From positions 248,001 through 312,000 of the forward strand of contig NIVC01000594.1 of NCBI GenBank assembly GCA_002269645.1: a stretch of DNA of 64,000 bases, written 5' to 3'. Both the position numbers and the translations under genes were made by a program. Shown here one piece after another: positions 1 through 13,308 of this stretch (positions within the stretch are counted from its first letter, which is position 1; every line of letters starts with the position of its first letter). The notes under the pieces were generated by a model, which searched no databases, was not told the origin of the DNA, and saw only the letters and a list, made by a program, of their open reading frames with translations. The DNA is from Macrostomum lignano. Its lineage: Eukaryota.

Positions 1-1535
1 GGACTTAGAGTGGACGTTCACGAGCCGAAAACGCAGCCGAGGGTGAGGGAGCTCTGATCCTTTACTCTTGTTTGCTAGGTAGTTCGCGCTAGTACAACAC
101 TCACACAGGGGGTACAGAGGCCCTGACTTCTTCTCCTTAAGGCATGTACACTCTGTGCTTTGGATGTTGGATGTTGGATTGGCGAGAACCGCCCATTACA
201 AGTCCCAAGTCAATTTTCGTGAACGAACCTCGAAATGAAGTAGAGTGGTATGTAATCGAACTTATGGACTTTGGCACAATTAGTCAGACAGAGCTACTCG
301 CTTGGGTTACGAAGCAAAATTGGGAAGCAATTATAGACTTCCTAGTTTGAGAAATGTGTCCACAACTTTGCCTGTCTGTATAAAGAGTCTCCCATTCACT
401 TAGCAGCTAATCGATTTCAACTCAGAGCTCAATTTTTCAACCCCAGGTGTTGGAGCAGGGCATCCAGACGGAACCCGGCAAGATGAACGAAATCAAGTAC
501 CAGCCGATCCGGTTTGAGCGAAAGGACACTCCGAAAAATCCATGCATATCGCTGGATGCAGCCGAGAAGCAAAAGTTCCGGGATCTTAGAATGGAGTACA
601 ACTATGACTTTGAACTCTGTTTGAACTCGAAAGTGCAGGAGGTGGTTTTGAACAAGTGCGGCTGCATGTACATCGAGCTGCCGAGAATCGCGATGCCTAA
701 CAAAACCCACCCCTACTGCGGCTTCATGGACGAGAAGTTTAAAGAGCGCTCGCAGTGCGTCAAGTCACTGGACATGCGAACGATTCGCAAGTCATTCGAG
801 GGCAAGGACTGCTTTCCCAAGTGCGTCGATTTGAGCTTCGAGAAGGAGCTCTCCACGACAAAGTGGCGCGAGACCAAATGGATGCTGCACTGGATCAAGG
901 AGCTCTGCGAACGCTGGGACAAGCAATTTAAGCAGCTCAGCGGATCGAACGCCAGCGAGTTCGAGGAGAGCCTGACCGGCGTAACCGACTATCTCACGAG
1001 AGACAACATCACCGACCTCAGATCGCTCGGCAACAGCACCAGCAAGGCTTCGTTCGATTTCGATGATCGCTTCTCCTTCATAGTAGTGAAGCGGCAGAGC
1101 AACAACACATTTGTGAAGACTGAGAAGATCGTTCTAACGCTCAACGCGCTTTTTAGCCGAGTCGGTGGTCTCTGCTCAATGTACATTGGCCTGACGCTGA
1201 CCTTCATCATGGAGTTCATCGAGTTTATCTTTCGCCTGGCCTCCTGCGACAAAAGCAACGACAAAACCGGCGGGAACGGCGGCGACGACGGCGGTCGCAG
1301 CGAAGCGAAGTCCAACCAGTCAACCAGGAACTCTTGCCGAGTTGTGGAGGTCACCAGTCAGGACAATGGCGCGCCAGAGAACCAGAGCCTCATAGGCCAG
1401 CTCGCTGGAGACACTGAGCTCAGCGACAGCGGCAGCGTGATGCTGCCGGGATCCGAGCACCGGGTGCTCCCCGACAACCGGCCGGACTTCCGGCACGATC
1501 AGGTATGGGTCAAGCAGGCCGATTCTAGAGTGTAA
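1..1535 (+). CDS. DEG/ENaC (ASIC/degenerin-like) channel subunit, 3' part; 5' end lies outside the window. Exons <1..42 and 447..1535
   Basis: 1..42 reads GLRVDVHEPKTQPR, followed by GTGAGG at 43. Acceptor tttttcaaccccAG at 445-446 gives a phase-0 join into VLEQGIQTEPG, the family G-x-R-v-x-vHep...P...G motif. Cys-rich thumb region (CLNSKVQEVVLNKCGC...CFPKC) and TM2 LFSRVGGLCSMYIGLTLTFIMEFIEF. Confidence 0.9.
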
Positions 1536-2981
1536 CCAGGCAATGAGCTGCAGAACAGAACTCAAGCACTGCGTCTGATTGAACCAAAAAAGTAAACTTG
1601 ATTTTTTGAAGCCGTTCAAATATTTTAAACAAAAAAGTTTCCATTATTATAATTTTGTTTGTGCGTCAAAAATTTTGAAGCGTTAATTTTTTAATCTTCA
1701 GCTTTTGCAGCTGCGTACATGTACTTGATGACGATATTACGCAATCAATTAACGAATTTCTGTTTATCTCTTGAAGGAATAGGGTTATTTTTGTTTCATT
1801 TTCATTTTTTATGTTTGGTGTGGCCATTGCACTGCTAACCATGCGTTTCTTCATTGCCTACTTTTATTAAAGTCCCTAAACTAAACTATTGTACTTAAGA
1901 AATCACGATTAAGTCTGCCATAAATTTTTGAGACACCCTGGAAAGTTCATTCACCACTTAAAATAAAAAGCAGCTTTAACTGTCTAGTTTAGAACGCTTT
2001 TCGCAAAACTTGTCTTACAGTTATCTGTGATTTAGCAGAGAGCTTCAAATATCATCTGCACACTGTTGAGTACTTTAACAGAATTAAGACTGCGCTCCGA
2101 CCGCAGTCAGAGAGCGGACTCCTGAAGAGCATATAGATTGCAGTTGAGGCTGCCCTCATCCAATCGAAAGTCAGTCCAGCACTTGCACTGGTCAAGTAAT
2201 AGCGTGACTGCAAACTTCTGATTAAGACCTCCTTCTCTCTCCTTTGATCAAGCCGCCATGCAAGGGTTAGCGCTTCCTCTGTCCGCTCGAAAAAAATCAA
2301 GTATTCTACTGGCTGTATACATGTACACCAGTTTCTTCTGGGCTAAATAAAAGACTCCCCGTTTGCTCTCACAAAATACTTGAGCAAACAGTTTAGGGCG
2401 GGGAACTCAATGCAGTCTGCAGTCTTGGAAGCCATTAAATACGAGTATATGAACCAAACGAGCTATCAGAAACCATAACGCTGTGAAAAAGGCGCTCACA
2501 TTAAGGCACTTCCGATCGCAAGTGCACTAAAAAATTTTTAAAGCCTTTCGAGGAGCCTTCACAGACTCTTCGCAAGTGCTTCATGAAGGGTCTTAGTTGA
2601 ATGCGGCTAGAACATTATTGACACTCTTTATGAATTTGATTCACAAAAAACTGCTAACTAACCACACTGGACTCGCGCGCCTGCTCTGTAGAATGGAACA
2701 AATCAAGAAGCATATTCATTCTCCGGCTGCACTTTGCCTCCACACAATGCAGATATAAATTAACATTATTATATTCAAGAGGCTCACAAATTTCATTCAT
2801 TAAAAATAAGGTATAGAGAGAGTCGTCGAATGTCAAAACCAAAGAGTATATGTACAGTACAAGATCTACTTGATCAGTGTTACTCGCTTGGAATGGTGAG
2901 ACATTTTCACATGTCATAGAGATTTACTACTGTCCTACTGTCAGCAGAGCAGTAGGCACAATCGCGCACTAATTGCCAGCA

Positions 2982-5900
2982 TCAAGGATACAGTTGAGCT
3001 ATTCTGTCCCTAGCCAACTGCGGAGCGTCGGAGCTGAACGCCAGACGAAAATTCTGCGCTGCCAGGAGGTCCGCCTCCGAGTTGATCGGCTCTCGACGAC
3101 GAAACCGCAGTGAAGTCTCGGCGGCGAGGGCGACGGCTTCCAGCCACATGTTCGGCTTAACCCGCTTCAGAACATCGGTACGGCGGCCCCACGATGGGAA
3201 CTCGTTGAACTCGAGCAGGTAGACACGCAGCTTGGCGTCCACCAGCATGTCGACGCCCATGATGCGGAAGGCGCCAGCTGCGAAGTCCCGGTCCTCCAAG
3301 TGCTCCTTGTACAGCGCAGAGACGTAGCCCAGAATAGCCGCGACTTTGGGGTACAGAACGTCTCTCGCCCAGTTCATCTCGCCGAGGCGTCCCCGTCGGT
3401 TCAGGTAGGCGTTGAGCTCGTCCGGATACCAAGTTGTGGCTTCCTTGAGCTCGGAGAACAGCTCAGACTGTCTGGCCTGAACGCTTTGATTGGTCAGATG
3501 CAGAGCCAGGTTCTTCAGGTCGCTCGGATCGTACGGAGACGAGCAGAGGCGCACGAATCCCGGATGTAGGAATGCGAAGTAGCCGGTCTCCGGCCGACCG
3601 CCAACGCCGCTCGATTGGCGCCGAGTGTTGACAATCAGGTAATAAACTCGCATGTCGAACTTGCGCTTGTCAACTAGCAGCGGCGGATCGATGTAGCGCT
3701 GAAGGATCACGTGAGAGAGGCGCATCCGGCGGTACTGACTACGTCGAAGGAAGATCAGGAGATCGCGTCTAACTTCATCGGGACCGCCGATTTGTACCAG
3801 CTTCTGCATTTGACCCATGGTGCCTCTGGAAAATAAGGTATTGCGATTAAGCTAACGGTGTCTTACTGAGACAGAATGAGACATGAAGCACGATCGTTTG
3901 TAGCACACTTTCTGTATCTGTCACAGGTGTAACTTTTGCTATCATTTCTTTGATTTATGCCGCTCATGTAAGATACATTAGCTTGACTTTATTTTAGTAA
4001 GAAACAGTAAAGAAAATGCGCTCATTAGAACTAATGGTTTCCTCCTCTACATTCGTATCAGCCTCTGTATTTGCCCTTTCCGTCACGGCTACCCTGATTT
4101 TCGCACACTCTCCGCCCTTCTGTGTCTCGCTCTTTTTCTTTCCACCGCTTGTTCGCCCCTCGGCCCATTTCTCCTTTTCCGCCCCTTCCGCCCCCTCTCC
4201 CCCCTCAGCCCCCTCTCCGCCCCTCTTTCAACCTTCCGCCCCTCTCTTTGCCCTTTTGTCTCCCACTGCTCTTCTTTCCACCCCTTCTTTCCGCTCCTCC
4301 TCTTTCCACCGTTCTCTCCGCCTTTCTCTCCGCCCATTCTCTCCGCCCCTCTCTCCGCTCCTTCTCTCCGCCCCTCTCTCCGCCCATTCTCTCCGCCCCT
4401 CTCTCCGCCCATTCTCTCCGCCCCTCTCTCCGCCTCTCTCTCCGCCTCTCTCTCCGCCCATTCTCTCCGCCCCTCTCTCCGCCTCTCTCTCCGCCTCTCT
4501 CTCCGCCCATTCTCTCCGCCCCTCTCTCCGCCCATTCTCTCCGCCCCTCTCTCCGCCTCTCTCTCCGCCTCTCTCTCCGCCCATTCTCTCCGCCCCTCTC
4601 TCCGACCCTCTCTCCGCCTCTCTCTCCGCCCCTCTCTCCGCCCATTCTCTCCGCCCCTCTCTCCGCCCATTCTCTCCGCCCCTCTCTCCGCCTCTCTCTC
4701 CGCCTCTCTCTCCGCCCATTCTCTCCGCCCCTCTCTCCGCCTCTCTCTCCGCCTCTCTCTCCGCCCATTCTCTCCGCCCCTCTCTCCGCCCATTCTCTCC
4801 GCCCATTCTCTCCGCCCCTCTCTCCGCCTCTCTCTCCGCCTCTCTCTCCGCCCATTCTCTCCGCCCCTCTCTCCGACCCTCTCTCCGCCTCTCTCTCCGC
4901 CTCTCTCTCCGCCCATTCTCTCCGCCCCTCTCTCCGACCCTCTCTCCGCCTCTCTCTCCGCTCATTCTCTCCGCCCCTCTCTCCGCCCCTCTCTCCGCCT
5001 CTCTCTCCGCCCATTCTCTCCGCCCCTCTCTCCGTCCCTCTCTCCGCCTCTCCCTCCGCTCCTTCTCTCCGCCCCTCTCCCCGCCCCTCTCCGAGTGTGG
5101 ACAATAAAACAGCTTGTCTGTAACATGCGTTCTCCGTGGAACAGATTATCTATAACGCGCCTTACAGATAGAACAAATCATATATAACAGACCGCATATA
5201 ACAGACTCCATGTGACATGCGTTCTCCCAAGACCGTGCAGCTAGTTGGTAAAAACTACGGGTGACAAACTTTTGAAACGCAGTTGATTTCAAACTCAACT
5301 CACCTCGACGGCTTAGCCAAGTATGTTCCAGGGTTTTGGCCGAGTTTCTGCTCAAGATTGGCATCGCTCAGGCTGAGCGTCAGCGCCGTGAACTCTTCGT
5401 AGCCAAAGAGGCCGCCGGATGCGGTGCGGAACGCCTGACCGGATGCGACCAGCCGGCCCTCCAGCAGGCGGAGCCAGCGGACCAGCAGGGACTTGCTGCA
5501 CAGCTGGTTCATCGGCTCGGTAAACGGCCGCATGGTGAGGCAGTTTGGCCTGTCTGAATGAGAGGCACAATGGACCCACAGTCAGTTGATTTGGCATCAC
5601 GCGAAATCGTACACACGCAGGCACACTCTCACACAGGGTGTACATGTACAGCGGCCCTGACTTTCTTTTCATTCGACATGTAAAGACTCGATCTCTGGGC
5701 CTTGATTTTGCGCACAAGCCGTCGAAAAAAGTCAGACAAGTGACTCACTGAAAGCGGGGTTGTTTCTTGGAATGGACAGCGCCACGTTGAGCTTCCCGCC
5801 TTCCTCGTCGAAGTTGTCAGCCTCCTTGACCGCCTCATCTTCTCTGATTCTACTGAAGCCAATAGAGTTGGTGACTCGCACAACGCTGCGATTAATTGGG

Positions 5901-6756
5901 ATTTTTTTACCATTAAATCAACATCGCATTATCTTAATTAGAGAACATGCAACAAATTCAAAAGTACTTCTTGTAAAAGTAAAGCAAAGGGACTTCTACA
6001 ATTGTACATGTCCTGTGCCTAAAAGCCGTTAAAATGGCACGGCTCGGCTCACTGGTTTTATGAATCTATTTTGTCATTATTAGCTGGACTGTGTAACAAT
6101 ATGTGTATCAGAGATGATAAAACAGATTCATAAAACCAAAGAGTCGAGCTGTGCCATGCATTTTTAATGGTTTTTAGGTACAGGAATGTACATAGAATAA
6201 AAAAATAACACGGGATCCTAATTTTCTTAACGAAAACCGGAAAAGCTCTATGAATGTCAATGTCATCAATAGAGCTATAAGAAAGTTAAGCCATATCAAA
6301 AGATGAACACTGGGTCTGCCTCCTATCAAAATAAATAACATTTTTGTGCTAAAAAATCAAAACCTCCTATCTCCTTTTTGGAAATGCCTGCCTCCGAGAA
6401 TTATCGTGAGATTCACAGCCATGAGGGCCAACCCCCCCCCCCACACCGATGCACAGAGAGTGTACATGCCTCAAGGAGGAGAACGACAATATCATAAAAG
6501 AATAGCCATCTTCCACAGCTCACTCCGACGTGTTGGGCCCGAACCGGTTGCCTCCAAGTCCGGTAGCTTGCACCGCTAGGCCGATATCGTCAATGTACTT
6601 CTCTCTGATGGCCGAACAAACATCCTGCAGTCTGTATGGATTGGACAGGATCGCCGCCTGCTGGATTCGAGGATTGTCAGGTCTGGTGTCTCCCTGCTGG
6701 TCAACAGTGCTTGACTGGTTCGTGTTTGGCGGAATGAAAATCACGTGCTTTGCCAT
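2982..6756 (-). CDS. TTLL10: Tubulin-tyrosine-ligase-like protein, most similar in motifs to TTLL10-type polyglycylases, about 487 aa. Exons 6524..6756, 5749..5885, 5304..5553, 2982..3825
   Basis: All four exons join in phase through GT-AG introns (1464 nt). Motifs: YLAKPSRGTMG across the exon 3/4 junction (ATP-grasp KP..G), ILQRYIDPPLLVDKRKFDMRVY, HLTNQSVQ, GVDMLVD..VYLLEFNEFPS. The TTL family call is firm; the TTLL10 subfamily call is from recalled similarity. Confidence 0.82.
4181..5093. repeat. CT-rich 10-11 bp minisatellite (ctctccgccc / ctctccgcct / attctctccg) in TTLL intron 3
   Basis: Directly visible tandem array; it explains the low-complexity ORFs 4016..5107, 4089..4916 and others. 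Confidence 0.95.
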
Positions 6757-7879
6757 TAATTAGCTATAGAGACCTAAGTACTTCTAGCTCTGATATGATA
6801 TATGATGTATGCTATTAACTACTATGGAACTTATAAATACTTATAAAAGTAATTGTTTCAAAAGCACATTTACTAAAGTCTGGACCATAGATCTTAATCT
6901 TCACTAGATAGGCCACTTTGTATTGCGGTAATAGGGAAAGTAAACCGACAAGGGTTGCTTAAATTTTGAGTTCAGTAGCTTAAGGACATAGACGCTATTT
7001 TTTAAGAATTTGATAGAACTTCTCATGAATTAAATACGTAAAAAGCTACTCAAACGAAGAATGCTGCATGCATTGCAGAGACTACTGACGAAATTGAATT
7101 CAGTAGTTGATTTACGCGCTGTTGCGAGTTGTAGAATTTCTCGCATTGGCTTCTATGGCCACATTGCGGTTAATGAGTGGCCCATCCTGTGTTCATGTGA
7201 TTCTTGAGCCGCATTCTTAAGTCTATGATGGTTTTAATTGTAATCTTCGATCTAATAAAGCTGTGGATTTATTATAGCTTTTTCTGAAATCGTAATAGAG
7301 TTCCAATGATAGCCGATGTGAAATATCGACGCATTAGGACGTAACGTCTTTTGCGTTCCTTGAAGTATTATGCGCAAATTTTTCATTTCAGTTTTTGGTG
7401 TCTCGACCAAACGCAGAAGCTGAAAGTACTACAAATTCATTTAAAAAACTATAGATTTTGACTACCTGAGCACCTCTGCAAGAAAATTTCAAGCGAACAT
7501 CCTATATCCTAAAAATATAGAAGCAGAAATTTATCTCATAAAGCTTTGTGTTAAATAATGTCGCAGTTACAGCCTTGCCCGCCTTTGAACTCAAAATTTG
7601 CTTTTCAAATCAATTCACAGCCTACCAAATTATTGCGCACAAATGTCCTTTCGAAATTTAATTACATATACGAGCACTTTACGAGTACGAGCTATCATTA
7701 TTCGTCAGATGAGGCAACAAACGCTTTTACCAATTATTGAAAAATTATTTTTCAAGGCCCAGGTTAATAAGAAATAAAAAAGTCAGTTCTAAACCACATT
7801 GATTTTCGGCTCGATCATTGTGACTCTGGCAGCTCTGCTTCTGCTGTTCGTCTCGCTCCAAAGTCCTGGATAAACCGGA

Positions 7880-9010
7880 TTGGAAGCCTGCCAACCTGTG
7901 CACCAGCGAGGCCTGCGTGAGATCCTACTCTTACTCGTAGTTTATAAAAGTTGGAGCCGGAAGTGAAGGCCAGGAAGGGACCTCCCGACGACTTCAAGGT
8001 TGAGGCCGCTCTCTCTGGATCGCTAAGTTCGATCTAGCCCGACTAAAAATTTAAATTTAAAACTACTTTTGGGAATCTGTTCGGAATTCGACTGTATTTT
8101 TTGTAAGTAAACACGCTCGTACTAGTGAGAACGCGCAGTCCCTGAGATTTTCAAAATGTCGCTGGAGACCATGCCCACAATGGCATTCGAGATGTTCACC
8201 AGCGCCTTCTTGAACGACAGCTTCGACTCGGTGAAGAGTATCGTTAGCGACATCAAGCAGACCATGAAGCGCAGCGTGGACGAAGAGTCCTGGATTCGAC
8301 TGCCGAGCAAAATGTCAATCAATAGCAAACTGGACGCTCTACAGAGCACCTGTCCTACCCCCGCTTCAACATGTCCGAGTTCACGGAGGTCTACTCAAAC
8401 TTGAGCAATCGAGTCCGGCATTGCGAGTCATTCGGCCAAATTATTCTGGTGTACAAGAGCGCCTTGGTAAAGAATCAACTCTGGTACTTGAGCACCAATC
8501 AGCCAAGGTGGAGAGCCAAGGAGATCTTCGAAGATGCAATGGCAGTAAACTCTGGGTACTCGGAGGTTGACAACGCAATCTTCATTTACCTGGGACTGCT
8601 GCGAACCCAAATCTACTTGAAGGGCTCCCCCGACTACCTGCTGTACGGAGGCGTCGGCAGCGTCATCGCGATCGGGCACGCCTTCGACTGGAACGGACGC
8701 CACTTTGATGGCAGCGGACAAAAACTTTCCTCAACGATATTTGATGGCGACACGGAGGAGGAGTACCGCAGTCGAAGTCAGTGCCTCGTCAGCTCGTAGC
8801 CCCGGCCGAGACGCTGTCAGATCTGACACCTGAGCAGCTGTTCTTCATCCAGGATGCTCAGTTTTACTACAACAAGGCTGAAAACAATACATTGTATTCG
8901 AAGCTCGGTTATGCCTGTAGTTTTACCCGAGTGACGACAGCAAGTGCCACTTTTAATGAACGTTGCCGCGCATTTTCAAGTTGGCAAATGATCCACTCTG
9001 CATGTCGCTA
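7880..9010 (+). pseudogene. Internally deleted M13 neprilysin pseudogene (copy 1)
   Basis: cctgtgcaccagcgaggcctgc matches the 15260 region, then the sequence jumps to a match of 16138. 8156-8800 is nearly identical to 16339-16990. A 6-nt deletion turns VIGHEIGHAF into VIAIGHAF; a second deletion removes the ENxAD region; it is also frameshifted. Confidence 0.9.
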
Positions 9011-9471
9011 GCTGGAGCTTTGATTTTTGGCAGTGTGTGCTTTGTCAGTGTGCGTGTGTGCGTTTACCAGTTTTAATCGGAATATTATACTTGATACAAT
9101 TGAGAGGCCGCCAAGTGCAGTGCATGGGATCTAACTGCTTTTGTGCCGTCTGCAACAGGAGGTTTTTTTCGATATCCTTTCAATTTGTGAATTCCGAATC
9201 GAAGCTACACTTTACTGTCTGAGCAATGAAAAAAATGCGGAGATACACTCTGTAAAACTGCGTCTGCAGCGTTTTAATTTTATTGGAGCACAGCTTAAGA
9301 ACCTTTTCAATTTGAGTATTTTTGTGACGGGAAAATCTTGTATTGCAAAACCTTTGAGAATTTCAAGCTAGAACGAAGCCTGAATCTTCGCAGGTCGATG
9401 GGTCATTTTGCTTGTATAAATAGAGCAATAAGTTGCTAGCAGAGAAGGCAAATCTGAGTGAAAATTTAAGA

Positions 9472-12043
9472 ATGGCACCCTTTAGTGGAATTAAAAAGGT
9501 AAGACTTTTTTCTTAATTGATGCATGTTTCAGACGTTAATAACGCGCCTTAATCGGGCACCCGAAGTCCCTGGGTTCGAATCCGCTTGATCGAGTACATT
9601 GTCTAACGCACAGTCATCCAAGGACTGTGTCTGCTTTGGGATCAATTAGTCAGAAGAAATTAGAAGATCGAAATTCTCTGTGATGAAGTTGTAATTGTGA
9701 ACTTTAACATATCAGAATGTAAATTGGGAACTTTTCACCCCGCAGGTCACCCTCGAGGAGGAAGGTGCAAATCTGAGGCCGTCAACTCGGCAAAAGCTGA
9801 CTCGCTTCGCTCCGGCTCTGGTCATCTTGCTGCTTTCTGTTCTGCTTCTAGTGTTCATTCTGCTCTACGCTTTGGTGCCGAAAGCAGCTGACCAACGGAA
9901 GCTGGATGTGTGCACCAGCAAGGACTGCATCAGCACGAGCGCTATGCTGGACAGAAGCGTCGACTTCACGGTGGATCCGTGCCACGACTTCTACAGCTTT
10001 GCCTGCGGCGGCTTCTTCAAGAGTCACCCGTTCACCATGGCGACAATCGACCGTGGAATTAGCAGATTTGATCAAAATACAAAAACCTTTGAGGGCCAAT
10101 TCTTTGAATTACTGTATGATAAAAATCTGACTAAATCGAAAGACCCTGAGATTGACAAACTGTTTCAAGCAGCCAGGTACTTTTTTACGACCTGTGCTGC
10201 CGCAATGCGACCGAAAAGTGACTGGGCGTCCCGGCCAGAGTTGCTACCGAAGGGCTGGAATTATTCTTCCAATGCCATTACGGTAAGCAGCGTCATCAAC
10301 CGTCTAATTAAATACCTGGACAATTTCACCAGCGTGGAAGACTTCATGGCCAGACTCGTCAAGATTAACTCGTCCGGGTTTCTACAGTTGTCCGTCAATG
10401 CTCACGCGAGATTGAAAATGGTGGTCAAACGGAAGCGATGGCTTCCATTTAATTCGCCTATTGTGACTCTACCGACTGTGAACTGGTTCGGCACAAATAA
10501 TCTGTCACTCGCTGATTATATACGAAGGATGGAAGCAGCTGGTGTACAGCTGGAACTCAATTCAACTGTCGACGATCTGCAGATTTTAGAAAGCAATATT
10601 TCAGCGTTGTTTGCAAGTTTCGATTCAGACAACTCAGCCTTCCAAGGCACTGCAGCAGTCGCTGATGACGCTGTGATTGCTAATTTCAGTGGCACTTCTT
10701 TTCGGTGGACAAAATTTATCGATAACTTGGATGGTCAAAACCCACGGTTAAATAATGATAGCAGGCTTGTGATCGAAAGTTTTTCATTCTTGATGAGATT
10801 GCTTGAGCAGCTGGAGCCTGAGTTGCAATCGAGAAGCGGAATTTTATATGACTACTTTAGACTGCAGGCGGCGATGCTGGTGGGGAATGAGCTGGTAACG
10901 GGTAAGCAAATTGCCCCATCACAGCACATAGTTAGTACTCACCAACTGCAGATTGACTTCGCTACAGACTGCGCAAAACTGACGAGAACCTTAGTGCCAG
11001 CAATTGTGTACGAAATGTTCCGCAAGACCTACTCTGACGAAAGCTACACGAAGGCCGATGAAGTGATTGCAAACGTCAAGCAGGCAATGCTGGAGAACGT
11101 GCGCAAAGCTTCGTGGATTTCGTCGACAGTAAAAAAATCAATCGAGGCCAAGATCATCGCGATCAGCCGCTTGCATTACTTTCCACAGATTCCTTTGGAA
11201 GAGATGAAGAAATTCTATGGCTCCTTGAACCTATTTGAAAAGCTACAAAATTCCAAAACATTAGCAGACGTAATTTGGATCTCTTTTGAAGTCAAATACG
11301 TGAATAAAATTTGGTTTCTTACGACAGATAACCCCGACAACGCTGGCTTAGTCACGCCCCATCTCTTTGATTTGATGGACATCAATGCATTTTATGAATT
11401 TAATTTGAATGTAATCTACATCCTGCCAGGAATGCTATTCACCTATGTGCACAGCAATGGGCCTTATCCCGACTACCTGCTGTACGGTGGGCTGGGTGAC
11501 ACCATTGGTCACGAGATCGGGCACGCCTTCGACCGGGACAAATTTGAACACGATTTCGAGGCGCATTCAGCGGACCCTGAAGTCACCCGAACGCTGCAGC
11601 AGTACAATTATCGAACTCAGTGCCTAATTGATTCGTACAATGACTTGATTGAGTCCCAGGCCGTCGGATTTCGCAAAGGAATTGGAAATCAAACGGCCTC
11701 CGAAAACTTTTCAGACATTGTTGGCATCAATGCCGCATTCCGCGCTTACAAAACTCGGGAGAGCCGCTCTGGAAAGTGTGGAAAGACGCCCCAGCTGCTG
11801 CCAAGTCGGCTATTGTCAAATCTGACATTTGATCAGCTGTTCTTTGTTCAGAGTGCCCAGTTCTACTGTTTCAAAGCTGGCACCGAGCGGATCCGGCAGC
11901 TGTACGCTGCAGACCGGCACTCGCCACCGCGACCTCGGTATAACGGACTAGCGATGCATTCCCGGGACTTTGCTACCGTTTTCAACTGCAAACTGGGGGA
12001 TCCCATGTACCTGAGCGATGACAGAAAGTGCTCATTCTGGTAA
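9472..12043 (+). CDS. M13 neprilysin/ECE-like type II membrane zinc metallopeptidase, about 774 aa. Exons 9472..9498 and 9746..12043
   Basis: MAPFSGIKK followed by GTAAGA; acceptor cttttcaccccgcAG joins in phase 0. N-terminal TM helix, CTSKDC...VDPCHDFYSFACGG, NAFY, HEIGH zinc motif, ENFSD, HSPPRPR and C-terminal CSFW. Confidence 0.93.
9530..9700 (+). repeat. tRNA-derived SINE-like fragment in the neprilysin intron
   Basis: Perfect Pol III B-box GGTTCGAATCC at 9573-9583, a degenerate A-box-like segment upstream and a hairpin cacagtc-N7-gactgtg downstream. No closable cloverleaf. Confidence 0.5.
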
Positions 12044-12228
12044 TTTTTAACTCGTAATCGCAATTACATTCTGCTAACTGATTTGCCATCTCATTTAACC
12101 GGATATGTTTAAAGAAAAATGATTGAAAAACAACCTACGGAGCAATCTACCTGTAAGGAGGCTGCGGTTGAGAAGAGTTCAGTATTTGAAGGTTCTTATT
12201 AATGTCAAACGGTTGCAACTTTGCCACC

Positions 12229-12620
12229 GTGATGAGCACAGGTGTTGAGCATGGGTTATGAGCACGGGTGATGAACACGAGTGTGTGAGCATGGGTGATG
12301 AGCACGGGTGTTGAGCACAGGTGTTGAGCATAGGTGATGAGCATAGGTGATGAGCATAGGTGATAAGCATGGGTTATGAGCACGGGTGATGAACACGAGT
12401 GTGTGAGCATGGGTGATGAGCACGGGTGTTGAGCACAGGTGTTGAGCATAGGTGATGAGCATAGGTGATGAGCATAGGTGATAAGCATGGGTGACGAGCA
12501 CGGGTGATGAGCATAGGTTATAAGCATGGGTAATGAGCACGGGTGATGAGCACGGGTGATGAGCACGGGTGATGAGCATAGGTTATAAGCATGGGTGATG
12601 AGCACGGGTGATGAGAACGG
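12229..12620. repeat. About 13-bp minisatellite (gagcacgggtgat / gagcataggtgat) containing a longer internal direct duplication
   Basis: Visible tandem units. Confidence 0.92.
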
Positions 12621-12949
12621 GGGAGGAGTGAAGTGAAACGAAAGCGCCGTTAGCTAGAGGATGGGAGAAATCAGCCGACACGCGCGTGATGCGTGATCAA
12701 GCATCCAGCCTTGGCAGAAACTTCCCATCCCAGATGCAAAAGATCTTCATGCCTAAAAATAGCCCTGAGCGTGAAGCCCAGCCATGCGACCTTCGAGTGT
12801 TGCATGAATCTCCTCTGGGCGACGGCTCCTATTGGGCCTCCCCATTCCACTTTCTTCCCCTATTCCTCCTTGCTCGCGAACAGTGTGTTAGCTTACATAA
12901 TATAGAGGAAACATCCTCGCCAGAAGTTTGAGAGAATCTGACTCTATAG

Positions 12950-13059
12950 ATCACACGGAGAAAGTACCTTGAGTCCATTGCTCGACCAACTGACTGACTG
13001 ACTGACTGACTGACTGACTGACTGACTGACTGACTGACTGACTGACTGACTGACTGACT

Positions 13060-13091
<32 letters not shown>

Positions 13092-13143
13092 GACTGACTG
13101 ACTGACTGACTGACTGACTGACTGACTGACTGACGGACTGACT

Positions 13144-13175
<32 letters not shown>

Positions 13176-13240
13176 GACTGACTGACTGACTTGAGTGAGT
13201 GGGTGACTGACTGACTGACTGACTGACTGACTGACTGACT

Positions 13241-13272
<32 letters not shown>

Positions 13273-13276
13273 GACT

Positions 13277-13308
<32 letters not shown>

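Noticed and set aside
144-350. 68-aa ORF as an ENaC exon
   Set aside because: It lies inside the intron 43..446, which already joins two conserved motifs in frame.
1922-1940. tttttgagacaccctg as a Tc1-like TIR
   Set aside because: There is no flanking TA and no partner TIR was found.
4016-5123. Long Pro/Ser/Leu- or Arg/Glu/Gly-rich ORFs
   Set aside because: They are open in several frames on both strands of a CT-rich satellite inside a TTLL intron.
9540-9600. Functional tRNA gene
   Set aside because: Only the B-box/T-loop is recognisable; the acceptor and D stems cannot be formed.
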